Assembly: GCA_963666985.2 (NCBI GenBank)
Contig: CAXXIA010000002.1
Span: 2,496,001-2,560,000, forward strand
Direction: 5' to 3'
Source: Spirochaetia bacterium
GTDB lineage: Bacteria > Spirochaetota > Spirochaetia > DSM-2461
DNA: 64,000 bases
Positions 10,136 through 19,979 of the stretch are shown here, piece by piece (position 1 is the first letter of the stretch; each line of letters begins with the position of its first letter). Under the pieces are notes generated by a model that saw only the letters and a list, made by a program, of their open reading frames with translations, was not told the DNA's origin and made no database searches. The translations under genes and the position numbers were made by a program.

Positions 10136-10701
10136 AAACAGGATATGTCGGATTTCTGATGCGGCTGGCAGGCGGGATTATCGATGCCGTTTGTCTGGGA
10201 ATTATCAGCGGTATTCCGATTGCCCTGATTCTCATTTTTGAGAGATCGTCCGGACATCGTTTCGCCAATGTTCTTTTCGTTCAAATGAATCTTGTTGCAT
10301 TTATGGGCTGGCTGTATTTTGCGATTTTGGAAAGCTCGAAGCTTCAAGGTTCCGTAGGCAAGGTGTTCTTGGGAATTGTCGTTGTTGATCTGAACAATGA
10401 AAGGATTAGTTTCGGTCGGGCTACCGGGCGATATCTGGGTATTGTAATTTCCGTAATGACATACGGCATCGGATTTCTTTTTCCTTTATGGACCAAACAG
10501 AAAAGGGCGCTTCCGGATTTTATAGCGGGGACAATGCTTGTTTATCGGGGAACGAAGAATGAAAATATCGGTGTTGATGCTTCTGTTGAAGTGGAAAGTG
10601 CATTGTCCGATGCGAAGCTCAAAATTCTTGCACGGATGCGGGAATCCGGAGAATTGAGCGAAAATGAGTATCAAATCGCGCTGGATAAACTGCGTCGATA
10701 G
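10132..10701 (+). CDS. RDD family membrane protein with C-terminal SHOCT-like helix
   Basis: GFLMRLAGGIID, GSVGK, LPDFIAGT; C-terminal LARMRESGELSENEY. Confidence 0.85.
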   Translation: MKTGYVGFLMRLAGGIIDAVCLGIISGIPIALILIFERSSGHRFANVLFVQMNLVAFMGWLYFAILESSKLQGSVGKVFLGIVVVDLNNERISFGRATGRYLGIVISVMTYGIGFLFPLWTKQKRALPDFIAGTMLVYRGTKNENIGVDASVEVESALSDAKLKILARMRESGELSENEYQIALDKLRR

Positions 10702-10787
10702 TTTGCTGTGATTTTGGCAGGTAGCGTCTTCTGATTTTCCTATGGCGATTCTTTGTCGGAACTCTCCATCTATGGTATTCATAGGAT

Positions 10788-11507
10788 ATGCGGAATCATT
10801 TTATAAAGGATTATATCGGTCCGCCTTTTGATTGGTTCGGACCGATTCATCTTATCCTTCTCGGCATTACTCTGGTTTTAAGCCTTCTGATTCTATTATG
10901 GAAACCTGCGTGCCGAGGTCGGGTTCTTTTCCGTTACAGTGTTGCCGCATTGCTGGTTGTCAATTCGATTGCCTGGCACTGGTGGAAGGCCTCCGTCGGT
11001 GAATGGACCATTCAGGAGATGCTGCCCCTGCATCTTTCCGGGATTCTGGTATGGCTGGTTCCGGTCATGCTGATAATCCGAAGTCGATCTTTATTCGTTT
11101 TCGCTTTTTATGCGGGAATTCCGGGAACTCTGTTGGCTCTTCTTTTTCCTCAGCTCGGTATCTATAACTTCCCGCATTTTCGGGTTCTTTCTTTTTTCAT
11201 CGCCCATATTCTGCTGTTGATTGCGCCGCTTTATATGATTCGTACCGAGGGGATGCGGCCGGTTTGGAAAGAGGTTTGGGCGGTCTTTGGAATAATGGTT
11301 GCGTATACGGCGCTAATGATGGTGATGAATCCTCTTTTAGGCAGCAATTATCTGTTTGTGAACAGTTATCCGGAGGTTTCCGAAACGCCTTTTCTCTGGA
11401 GATGGCCCTGGTATGTGATAATGGAGGCTTTCGGCGCATTGGGTTCCATGATTCTGCTTTATCTGCCGTTTGGCTTTCGCGATTTGATTCGGTTGAAGCA
11501 CGTTTAG
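10788..11507 (+). CDS. TIGR02206/YwaF family integral membrane protein
   Basis: FGPIH, LPLHL, FFIAH, NYLFV, WPWY motifs. Confidence 0.8.
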   Translation: MRNHFIKDYIGPPFDWFGPIHLILLGITLVLSLLILLWKPACRGRVLFRYSVAALLVVNSIAWHWWKASVGEWTIQEMLPLHLSGILVWLVPVMLIIRSRSLFVFAFYAGIPGTLLALLFPQLGIYNFPHFRVLSFFIAHILLLIAPLYMIRTEGMRPVWKEVWAVFGIMVAYTALMMVMNPLLGSNYLFVNSYPEVSETPFLWRWPWYVIMEAFGALGSMILLYLPFGFRDLIRLKHV

Positions 11508-11595
11508 CCGAATCTCTCACGGTCCGCATCGCGAATAGACCGCGGCGTATATGGCTCCGCGGCGCTCGGCGGCTGCGGCTTAAAAAAAACACCGA

Positions 11596-12831
11596 TTAAT
11601 CATCGCCGCTGATTATGTACAGTCTGTTCGGGTAATTCTCTATCAAATAACGGTAAGAGCCGGATACGGCAATCGTGCCTGTCGCATTGGTCGGGCAGTA
11701 ATATGATTTCAAACAATCCCCGCCTGTATCCAGAATCCGGTATTCGCACCATACATCTCCGGGTGCGTAATATGTCGTATGGTAACCGCCGGCCGTTCGT
11801 TCCAATTTGGTTGTTCTGACCAGATCAGGCAGAGACGAATCGAATGAATCGCCTGATAATATCGATGTAACCGCGCCTGTTGAGGTATTGATTTCGCCGA
11901 TTGCCGAAGAGAGAATCGATCCGTTATGACAATAGAGGATTCCCTCGTGCCAGGAAATGCTGTCGGCGGCCGACAATTCAGCATTCGGAATCGGATATCC
12001 CTCTTCAGCGATGCTTAAATCCGTTCCTCTGTATTTATAGAGACTCAATCCGGAGCCGGTGCTTTGATTCCCGACCACCCATGTATTGGTTCCATCAAAT
12101 GTAACGGCAAAGGGTTCCGCGCATGAAATACCGATTTCACCGACCGAACCGTTCGAGATATCGATACCGATGATTTTATACTCGGAATCGTCGAGAATGG
12201 CGGCGTAGAGTTCCCTACCGGAGCTTCCCACATAGCTTATGTCCAGAAATTCCACGGTGCTGTTCGTATCAAGGGTAAGGGCGGAGGCGACTTCGAGGCC
12301 TCCTTCTCCGAGAAGGGTAATCCCGCCGCCCGGGTTTGTATGCCAGGAACCGCTTTCACCGTCGAGCGTGAATGAACTCATCTCCCAGGTTCCATTATTG
12401 ATTTCCGCCGCCGTTTCGTAGTGAATATGCGCGGAAAGCGCCAGCCGGCTGTCCGCGGACTCAATGGTGAATTCAAAAAGATCGTGAGGGACGTTCCCGC
12501 TTGTCGAACGGTTGTTCTCCCATGTTCCCGCGAGTGAGGAGGCGACAATGGTTGAACCGTCAAATCCTTTCCAGTCGATTGTTCCGGAAACGCTTCCCTC
12601 GCCGCCGTAAAAGTCCATATTCTCACCCTCAAGAGTCATGGTTATCGTGAATGTTCCGTAGAATTCGGTATTATTCTCCCATGCGCCTGTCCACGTTAGG
12701 GTATTCGGAGTATTACCGCCTCCCGATTCCATTCGGCAGCCGAGAAGAATTGACAGAACGAACAAGACAGCCGCCGTACGAATAATTCTTGTTTTCCGGT
12801 TGATGGGATTAACTGGGGAATTGGTGCCCAT
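11596..12831 (-). CDS. Hypothetical lipoprotein, beta-rich
   Basis: Lipobox ILLGC; Gly/Ser/Thr-rich; AGGAG RBS. Confidence 0.65.
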   Translation of the reverse strand: MGTNSPVNPINRKTRIIRTAAVLFVLSILLGCRMESGGGNTPNTLTWTGAWENNTEFYGTFTITMTLEGENMDFYGGEGSVSGTIDWKGFDGSTIVASSLAGTWENNRSTSGNVPHDLFEFTIESADSRLALSAHIHYETAAEINNGTWEMSSFTLDGESGSWHTNPGGGITLLGEGGLEVASALTLDTNSTVEFLDISYVGSSGRELYAAILDDSEYKIIGIDISNGSVGEIGISCAEPFAVTFDGTNTWVVGNQSTGSGLSLYKYRGTDLSIAEEGYPIPNAELSAADSISWHEGILYCHNGSILSSAIGEINTSTGAVTSILSGDSFDSSLPDLVRTTKLERTAGGYHTTYYAPGDVWCEYRILDTGGDCLKSYYCPTNATGTIAVSGSYRYLIENYPNRLYIISGDD

Positions 12832-12884
12832 TGCGTGCTCCTGAAGTCTATTTCCTTCATAACGCGCTGAAAGGGCAAATCCAT

Positions 12885-12906
12885 CAATGGAATTTTCGTA
12901 CCATTT
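12885..12906 (-). promoter_or_regulatory. 22-bp motif, copy 2 (putative LuxR box)
   Basis: Exact reverse complement of 9309-9330, at a similar distance (about 55 bp) from the downstream start codon. Confidence 0.65.
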
Positions 12907-12948
12907 GCATTTTTGTCGGCGGTACGTTCAAGATGTTCTTCTAACGAA

Positions 12949-13926
12949 TTAAACGCCGCTTGCGGCAGACCGACGCTTTTCCAGCCGCTCTTTCCTGTAT
13001 TCTTCAACCAAAGCGGTAATTTCTTCTCTTCCCATGTATTTCTCATTGGGATTGTTTATGGAAACTTCAAGAGTTCCGGCTGCCGGATTTAATTCAACGA
13101 TATGGATATTATCTTTTTTCCCGTTACCGTCTCCCGTCGATCCGGTTTCAAAGACTCTTATGGTTTGATTGAGCGTATCTTCCGCCCAGACATGACCATG
13201 GCCGGTAAAGACTGCTTTTATCGAAGAGGCATACCTGGAAGCAATATCGTAGAATCGGTCTCCTTTTCGGATCTGATAGAGTTCTCCGGCACCCGACCAC
13301 ATCGTTTGAAAATTATTGTCGGTGATGGGAGGATGGTGGAAAAACAGAAGACTCGGAGTGCCCATCCGCAGCTCATTTTCCAGCCAGTCCATCTGCTTAT
13401 CGTCAAAACTGCCCGTACAAAAGGATTCTTTTCGGCAGTTCAGACAAACGGCATCTCTGGCGCTGCCCCTGTTGCTGTTGAGAAAGACGAACCTATATCC
13501 TTTGAAAAGAAATGAATAATAAGGATTTATTCCCAGGACTTTCTTCCAGACCTCTTCGATTTTTTTAGGATTCTCGGTCATGATTCCTTCATGGAAATTC
13601 GTGTTATATCCTTTTTGATAATCATGATTTCCGAGAAGGGCATAGTAGGGGATGGTTAATTCATCCATGACGGCTTTAAATCTTTCGGGCGGATTATCCT
13701 CTCCGATGCAATAATCATTCGGATTCTCTGAAAAAAGGCACCCGACCAAATCTCCGGTAACAACGGCAAAGGAAGCAAATGATAATTCGCTGTTTATTCT
13801 CTTAATGGAAAACCGGAGGTTCTCCAAATTCATATCATTGTCATAGTCCTGATTGTCGGGATTACCCGGAAGTCTGACGTGTGTATCCGAAAGAACAAGG
13901 AATGAAAAGGTTTCTTGAGATTTCAT
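12949..13926 (-). CDS. Calcineurin-like metallophosphoesterase
   Basis: SDTH, TGD, GNHD, FHHP, GHGH motifs. Confidence 0.9.
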   Translation of the reverse strand: MKSQETFSFLVLSDTHVRLPGNPDNQDYDNDMNLENLRFSIKRINSELSFASFAVVTGDLVGCLFSENPNDYCIGEDNPPERFKAVMDELTIPYYALLGNHDYQKGYNTNFHEGIMTENPKKIEEVWKKVLGINPYYSFLFKGYRFVFLNSNRGSARDAVCLNCRKESFCTGSFDDKQMDWLENELRMGTPSLLFFHHPPITDNNFQTMWSGAGELYQIRKGDRFYDIASRYASSIKAVFTGHGHVWAEDTLNQTIRVFETGSTGDGNGKKDNIHIVELNPAAGTLEVSINNPNEKYMGREEITALVEEYRKERLEKRRSAASGV

Positions 13927-14068
13927 GTTGGAGAGATTAGGAATATGTGTTTTAGGTTGCGGTTAGAAAAGGCCGATTTTGCGGTTAATAAACAACAGTC
14001 CGTTTGGGAACTTGTCTGCGGGCCGGAATCCGCGTAGCGGACCGTAATCTTACAATAGGTTAATTTCG

Positions 14069-15037
14069 ATGAATTCCCGGCGGGGAATGCGTATCTTTAT
14101 TATTGTGGATAAGAAGCGTAAAAAAAGAGATTTTGCGATAGCCTTCGGCGGCGGCGGAGCCCGGGGCATTGCGCATGTCGGGGTTTTGGAAGTCCTGGAA
14201 AGAGAAAAGCGTTTACTGCCGGGGATTGTCAGCGGTACGTCCGTGGGAGCCATTATCGCCGCCTGTTATGCTTCTCAGACCGATTCTCAATCGATTCATG
14301 AAGTGATCGACGGTTTTGATTGGTTTGAGAATGTGGTGAATCTGAACGAAACCCTGCGGTATCGATTACGGAATCATGGTCTTGTGTCCAACGATAAGCT
14401 GAAAGATACCATGGAGGAGTTGATCGGGAAGGTCGGATTTGAAGATTTGCCGATTGATTTGGCCGTTGTCGCCGCGGATTTGGAGAAGAAAGTCCGGATT
14501 GTTTTCACTTCTCCGAGAATCGCGTCCGGAATGGAGAGGGCCGTAATGGAAAAATTTCTTCCTTCTCCTCGGGAAGGACTCCCCGGGTGCAAAACGGAAA
14601 TTATCAGTGATTGTGAAGTGGCTCAAGCGGTACAGGCCAGCTGTGCCGTTCCGGCTTTTTTTTATCCGGTAAAAGCCTTTGGATACAAGATTCTGGACGG
14701 CGGTGTTCTGAATCAGATTCCCGTTGATGTTGCGAAAGCCATGGGTGCCGACATTACCATGGGTGTGAGTTTGGGACTTCCGTTCTATCCTCAGAGAATT
14801 AGGGGCGCCGCTTCCATAATGGGCGCCAGGATAGGTTTGGAAGGAGTTCATCAGCAGAGAAAGAGTCTGGATATGGCCGATTTGGGTTTTCAGATTGAAG
14901 GTATCGAAGAAACCAGCTTTCTTAGAACCGATAAAGAACGTCTTATCGGGCTTGGCGAGACGGCAATGGAAAAACGGCTGGAGATTTTAAAGAAACTGCT
15001 GTCCGAAAAGAAGCCGCGCCGGTCGCTCCTTAATTGA
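14069..15037 (+). CDS. Patatin-like phospholipase (true start may be slightly downstream)
   Basis: GGGARG, GTSVG and DGG motifs. Confidence 0.9.
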   Translation: MNSRRGMRIFIIVDKKRKKRDFAIAFGGGGARGIAHVGVLEVLEREKRLLPGIVSGTSVGAIIAACYASQTDSQSIHEVIDGFDWFENVVNLNETLRYRLRNHGLVSNDKLKDTMEELIGKVGFEDLPIDLAVVAADLEKKVRIVFTSPRIASGMERAVMEKFLPSPREGLPGCKTEIISDCEVAQAVQASCAVPAFFYPVKAFGYKILDGGVLNQIPVDVAKAMGADITMGVSLGLPFYPQRIRGAASIMGARIGLEGVHQQRKSLDMADLGFQIEGIEETSFLRTDKERLIGLGETAMEKRLEILKKLLSEKKPRRSLLN

Positions 15038-15038
15038 C

Positions 15039-15084
15039 GGGGATTTATTTCCCCATAAGGTTGCTAAAGGGGATTTATTTCCCC
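15039..15084. promoter_or_regulatory. Twin enhancer (UAS) sites GGGGATTTATTTCCCC
   Basis: Identical 16-bp near-palindromes at 15039-15054 and 15069-15084, about 170-215 bp upstream of a sigma54 promoter. Confidence 0.7.
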
Positions 15085-15253
15085 TTTATTCATCAAACAT
15101 AAATCCGGGGAATTCAAATGACAATAAAAAATCTCGTTCCCGGCGAATGATGCAGCCATTGGTTTAAATATATAATGCGAATAACTTTATGAATCCAAAA
15201 TTAAGAAAAAACATGTGTCCGATTCAGAATCTGTATATTCCTTTGAACTGTTG

Positions 15254-15269
15254 TGGCACGAGATTTGCA
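15254..15269 (+). promoter_or_regulatory. Sigma54 (-24/-12) promoter
   Basis: TGGCAC-GAGAT-TTGCA matches consensus; 30 bp upstream of the SBP ATG; operon encodes a GAFTGA activator. Confidence 0.85.
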
Positions 15270-15298
15270 TTTATATGAGAAATCAAGGAGGACGTTTT

Positions 15299-16264
15299 AT
15301 GAAACGACTTGTATCGGTTCTTTGTTCCGTTGTTCTTTTGTTGGCTCTCGGAATGCCTTTATCGGCTTCCGGTCAGGATGAGAAAGGTGACGGCCAGAAG
15401 ACTTTGGCTGTCTGCCTTCCCGGAAGTGTTGAGTTCTTTTCCGTTCAAAAAAAAGGAATGGATAAAGCCGCCGCTCAATACGGATTGAAACTGATATATT
15501 CCGATGCCGAATGGGATGCCGCCAAACAGTTAAGTCAGGTTGAGAACTTCGTAGCACGAGGCGTTGATGCCGTTATGTTGTGTTCCGCCGATAATCAGGC
15601 ACTTATGCCGGCTGTAAAACTGTGTAATGATTCCGGGATTCCCCTTTTTACATTTACGAATACCTTAGGTGCCGATCCTAACGGACAGGTTGACGGTACG
15701 GTAACGTTCATCGGTATAAATGAAATTTCTCTCGGGCATATGATGGGTAAAATGGCCGAATCCGTATTGGGAAATGAGGCGGCGAATATTGTCTTGATTG
15801 AAGGAAATCCGGGCACGGCTCCGCAAAGAATGAGAACCGAAGGTTTTATGGAAATCGTAGGTAAACATGACAAATGGAATGTCGTTTATCAGCAAGCCAT
15901 TCCCGGCTGGACTAAGGAAGGCGCACTCGCCGCCGTTGAGGCGGCTCTTCAATCCGGAGAAACCATTAATCTGATCAGCTGCCAATGGTATAACGGTGCC
16001 ACAGCCGCGGCACAGGCGATTGAGGAATCCGGACGAACCGAAAAAATCTATGTAACCGGTTTGGAATTCTCCAAAGAACTGATTCCCATGATTCAGGACG
16101 GCAAAGTTGATATGACGTCGAATTATTCCATTGAAGATTCGGGATTCACGGTTATTGAAACCGCCTATAAATACTTTCAGGGTGAAAAAATCCCTTCATT
16201 TATTCCTTTGGAGGCATACATTGTCGATAAAGGGAATGTCGACGGTATAACACCGGAACTTTAG
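15299..16264 (+). CDS. Sugar ABC transporter substrate-binding protein (RbsB-like)
   Basis: GGAGG RBS then ATG at 15299; signal peptide; Peripla_BP-type motifs (QLSQVENFVARGVD, RTEGF). Confidence 0.9.
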   Translation: MKRLVSVLCSVVLLLALGMPLSASGQDEKGDGQKTLAVCLPGSVEFFSVQKKGMDKAAAQYGLKLIYSDAEWDAAKQLSQVENFVARGVDAVMLCSADNQALMPAVKLCNDSGIPLFTFTNTLGADPNGQVDGTVTFIGINEISLGHMMGKMAESVLGNEAANIVLIEGNPGTAPQRMRTEGFMEIVGKHDKWNVVYQQAIPGWTKEGALAAVEAALQSGETINLISCQWYNGATAAAQAIEESGRTEKIYVTGLEFSKELIPMIQDGKVDMTSNYSIEDSGFTVIETAYKYFQGEKIPSFIPLEAYIVDKGNVDGITPEL

Positions 16265-16274
16265 AGATTGCTTT

Positions 16275-17471
16275 ATGAACTGGGGAACTCAGCTCTTTTT
16301 AAGCAAAGTTGAAAAAGAAACATATCCCGTAAGGAAGCTGGAATGGAAGCTCTCAAGGATTTTGGGAAAATCCAATATTGGGAAACTGATATTCTGGAAT
16401 ACTCGGGAAGATGAATATACCGATTCCGTTTTAAGACTTTGCCGGGAATTTGATGTTGAGTGTTGGCTGTGGTTCCCCGTTCTGGCGGATTCCGTCGTCC
16501 CGTCTGAGAATGCCCGTCCTGCGGTGAATCATAGGGGTGAGTATGGAATTCGTCCGCCCGGATCCATTAATAAGCCGGAAAAGGGAGAAGAGAATTTTAC
16601 TTTCTTTTGTCCTTCGGATGAGTCGTTTGAAGAACTGACAATAAAGACTCTTTCGGATTTAGTGGATCGATACGAATATACGGGAGTCTTCCTGGATCGT
16701 ATTCGTTATCCCTCTTTCGCAAACGGTCTGCCGCTGCAATATTCTTGTGTCTGCCCCGCGTGCTGCCGGAAGATGGGAATTGATTCGGAGGCGCTTTATT
16801 CCGAATTGGATTTCATAAAAGGGAAGGATTTCCTCAATCTGTTCCGTATGGGTGCGGAGTGTGAAAAAAGTTCGAACCGATTTCCTGAAGTGAAACGATT
16901 TTTTCGGCACCGGATGGGGCTGATTACCGAGAAAGTGAGGAGATTGAGGGAACCTGTAAAAGCCGTAGGAATGGGGCTTGCGCTTGATCTTTTTACACCG
17001 GCTCTGGCATTTTCGGTCGGCCAGGATTATTCGGCATTAAGCGGGATTGCCGATTGGATAAAGCCGATGACTTACGGCTTGGCCTGGGGACCCGCGGGAA
17101 TCCCGTTGGAACTGGACTGTCTTTATCGGGGTTTGACGCAGAGCTTTCCCGAATTACACAAAGAAGAAGTCATGGCGGCGATTGAGAAACTGATGAATTA
17201 TAAAATCACGCCGTATTGGGAAGGAAGATCGGATACGGGTTTCCCGACTTCCCTGGTTTATAACGAATGGAACACAGCTAGGCAATTCTCCGATAAATGT
17301 CTCTTTTTTCCCGGAATAGAAATGGTTCATAGCGAACTGTTTCGAACGAAGGTTCCGGAATATCGTGTGAAAGAGGCTATCGAACTCTTTGGAAACAGAA
17401 CGGATATTATCGCCTGCTGGAATTGCCTTGATATACCTGAATCTTATTTTGCTTTATTGGATAAGAGCTGA
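16275..17471 (+). CDS. Hypothetical cytoplasmic protein, possibly a glycoside-hydrolase-like TIM barrel
   Basis: GVFLDRIRYP, CVCPAC, GQDY, DWIKPMTY motifs; no signal peptide. Confidence 0.5.
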   Translation: MNWGTQLFLSKVEKETYPVRKLEWKLSRILGKSNIGKLIFWNTREDEYTDSVLRLCREFDVECWLWFPVLADSVVPSENARPAVNHRGEYGIRPPGSINKPEKGEENFTFFCPSDESFEELTIKTLSDLVDRYEYTGVFLDRIRYPSFANGLPLQYSCVCPACCRKMGIDSEALYSELDFIKGKDFLNLFRMGAECEKSSNRFPEVKRFFRHRMGLITEKVRRLREPVKAVGMGLALDLFTPALAFSVGQDYSALSGIADWIKPMTYGLAWGPAGIPLELDCLYRGLTQSFPELHKEEVMAAIEKLMNYKITPYWEGRSDTGFPTSLVYNEWNTARQFSDKCLFFPGIEMVHSELFRTKVPEYRVKEAIELFGNRTDIIACWNCLDIPESYFALLDKS

Positions 17472-17474
17472 TCT

Positions 17475-18965
17475 ATGCCTCAAATACTGCTGTCTCTGGA
17501 CGGAATTAACAAAAGTTTTTCGAATGTTTCTGTTTTGCGGAATATTGATTGGGATGTTCATTATGGGAAGGTTCACGCCCTCTTGGGGGAAAACGGAGCC
17601 GGGAAGTCGACTTTAATTAAGATTATTTCCGGCGTCTATACCGCAAGTTCCGGAACGGTTTCCCTCGAAGGTCGGCAATTGGATTTCACATCTCCTCAAG
17701 ATGCGGTCAAAGCCGGAATCAATGTGATTTATCAGGAAACGAGTCTGATTCCTACATTAAGTGTTCTGGAAAATGTTTTTCTTGGAATTGAACCTAAAAA
17801 ACATAACGTCATCGATTCGGTCGCAATGAGAAAAAAATATGCCGAGGTAAACGCACAGATTGGAATTGATATAAACCCCGAGCAAAAGATTTCGCTTCTC
17901 GGTATCGCCGAGAAAAAAATCGTTGAGATTATGAAGGCTCTTGCAAGAGAAAGCCGGTTGATCATTATGGATGAACCGACAGATTCCCTGTCGGGGAAAG
18001 AAGTCTCTCTCCTTTTTAACGTCATATCGGATTTAAAAAAGCGGGGAATTACCATCATCTATATTACGCATTTCCTTGATGAGGTTTTTCGGATTTCCGA
18101 TAGAATCACCATCCTTAAGGACGGCCGGCTGGTTTCGGATGCCGATGCCGATGAAATGTCGGTTGAACTTATCGTCAAATCCATGGTCGGCGATGTAATG
18201 AAATTGGAAAAAGCTCCGGATTATCCCTCCAAATCATCCGAACCGCGATTATCGGTTAAGAACTTGGTTCCCGATGATGATGTTCCGTCAAGCAGTTTCT
18301 GTCTCTATCCGGGAGAAGTGCTTGGAATCACCGGTGTGGTCGGCGCGGGGAAATCGGAATTGGGGAGAGCCTTGTTCGGGGCGGCAAAAAAGAAATCCGG
18401 GGAAATAATCTTGGACGGAAAAATCTGTCGGATCAATTCTCCCAAGGATGCGGTGAGAGCCGGTATCGGAATGACGACCGAGGATCGAAAAGATACGGGA
18501 TTGCTCCTGGATGATTCTATTCTCCATAACCTTACCTTAGCGTCCCTGCAAAAACATATGCGGAAAGGTTTTATTTCAACGGGACTGGAATTGAAGCTCT
18601 ATAAAGGGACAAAAGAAAAATTGGGAATAAAGTGCACCGATTCCGATCAGCATCTGCGTTTCCTCAGCGGCGGGAATCAGCAAAAGGTCGTTATCGGAAA
18701 GTGGCTGGCGGCCGATCCGGATATCCTGATTATGGATGAGCCGACCAGAGGAATCGATATCGGCGCGAAGCAAGCGGTTTATCAAATTATCAGAGCGTTG
18801 GCCGCGGCCGGGAAGTCGGTAATTTTCATATCATCCGAGGTTCCCGGGGTTCATGCTCTTTGTCATCGGATTCTGGTGATGGGCAGAGGTTCTATCCGGA
18901 AGGAATTCTTTCCTGAAGATCCCATTGAAGCCGTTATGAAAGCTATGCTGGAAGGAGAAGTTTAA
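17475..18965 (+). CDS. Sugar ABC transporter ATP-binding protein (RbsA-like, tandem NBD)
   Basis: GENGAGKST, MDEPT, LSGGNQQK. Confidence 0.95.
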   Translation: MPQILLSLDGINKSFSNVSVLRNIDWDVHYGKVHALLGENGAGKSTLIKIISGVYTASSGTVSLEGRQLDFTSPQDAVKAGINVIYQETSLIPTLSVLENVFLGIEPKKHNVIDSVAMRKKYAEVNAQIGIDINPEQKISLLGIAEKKIVEIMKALARESRLIIMDEPTDSLSGKEVSLLFNVISDLKKRGITIIYITHFLDEVFRISDRITILKDGRLVSDADADEMSVELIVKSMVGDVMKLEKAPDYPSKSSEPRLSVKNLVPDDDVPSSSFCLYPGEVLGITGVVGAGKSELGRALFGAAKKKSGEIILDGKICRINSPKDAVRAGIGMTTEDRKDTGLLLDDSILHNLTLASLQKHMRKGFISTGLELKLYKGTKEKLGIKCTDSDQHLRFLSGGNQQKVVIGKWLAADPDILIMDEPTRGIDIGAKQAVYQIIRALAAAGKSVIFISSEVPGVHALCHRILVMGRGSIRKEFFPEDPIEAVMKAMLEGEV

Positions 18966-18968
18966 CGG

Positions 18969-19928
18969 ATGAATCTTACGGATAAATTTAATCAAAAGAA
19001 CGTGAGGCAAATAACTCAGAAATACGGAATTATGATTCTTTTTTCTATATTAAGCATCATTATTTCGATAGTTACTCCCAATTTCCTTAATGCTCAGAAC
19101 ATCATAAACATCCTTCGGCAAAGTTCGATAATCGGCGTTATGGCTATAGGAACCACCTTCGTTATTATCGGCGGAGGCTTTGATATTTCCGTCGGCAGCG
19201 TGTTGGCGCTTTCGGCCGCCATGGCGCTGGGATTGCAGGCTCAGATGCATTGGCTGGCAAGTACGGTTATTGTTCTTCTTGTCGGTATCGGCATTGGGTT
19301 GGCCAACGGTTTTTTATCCGCGAAGATCGGCATCGTACCGATTATCGCCACGCTGGGAACTCAGACCGTTGTCCGCGGTCTTACCTATATGTATACCGGC
19401 GGATATCCTGTTACCGGCGATTCGCAGAGTTTTCAGTTTATCGGTTCCGGATATATCGGGAAGATTCCCTTCCCGATCATTCTTTTCCTGACCATGGTCG
19501 CCCTTTGGCAGTTTGTTTTAAGTAAAACTCCCCTCGGACGTTACAGCTGTGCAATCGGAGGGAATAAAGAATCCACGAGACTCTCCGGTGTTAATGTCGA
19601 TTTTTACCAGATTATGACTTTTGTTATCGGCGGAGGGATGGCGGCTCTTTCGGGAATTATCTATGCGGCCAGACTCAGTTCCGCCACGCCTTTGGCCGGT
19701 CAGGGATATGATCTAGATGCTATTGCCTCAACGGTTATCGGCGGAACAAGTGTATCAGGAGGGCAGGGAAGCATCGTCGGCACGCTGATCGGTGTGCTTC
19801 TTATGACTATTCTAAACAATATGTTTAATCTTATGGGTGTTCAAGTGTATGTTCAGTATTTGGTAAAGGGTATGATTATTCTTCTTGTTGTGGGAATTGA
19901 TTCTTATTCGAAGAAGCAGAAAAACTAG
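18969..19928 (+). CDS. Sugar ABC transporter permease (RbsC-like)
   Basis: DISVGS, AIGGNKES, VIGGTS motifs; multiple TM helices. Confidence 0.95.
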   Translation: MNLTDKFNQKNVRQITQKYGIMILFSILSIIISIVTPNFLNAQNIINILRQSSIIGVMAIGTTFVIIGGGFDISVGSVLALSAAMALGLQAQMHWLASTVIVLLVGIGIGLANGFLSAKIGIVPIIATLGTQTVVRGLTYMYTGGYPVTGDSQSFQFIGSGYIGKIPFPIILFLTMVALWQFVLSKTPLGRYSCAIGGNKESTRLSGVNVDFYQIMTFVIGGGMAALSGIIYAARLSSATPLAGQGYDLDAIASTVIGGTSVSGGQGSIVGTLIGVLLMTILNNMFNLMGVQVYVQYLVKGMIILLVVGIDSYSKKQKN

Positions 19929-19979
19929 ATTTTCATAACCCGTTGGAAACCGGATGTTTAGCTTTAAAAAGAAAATAGA

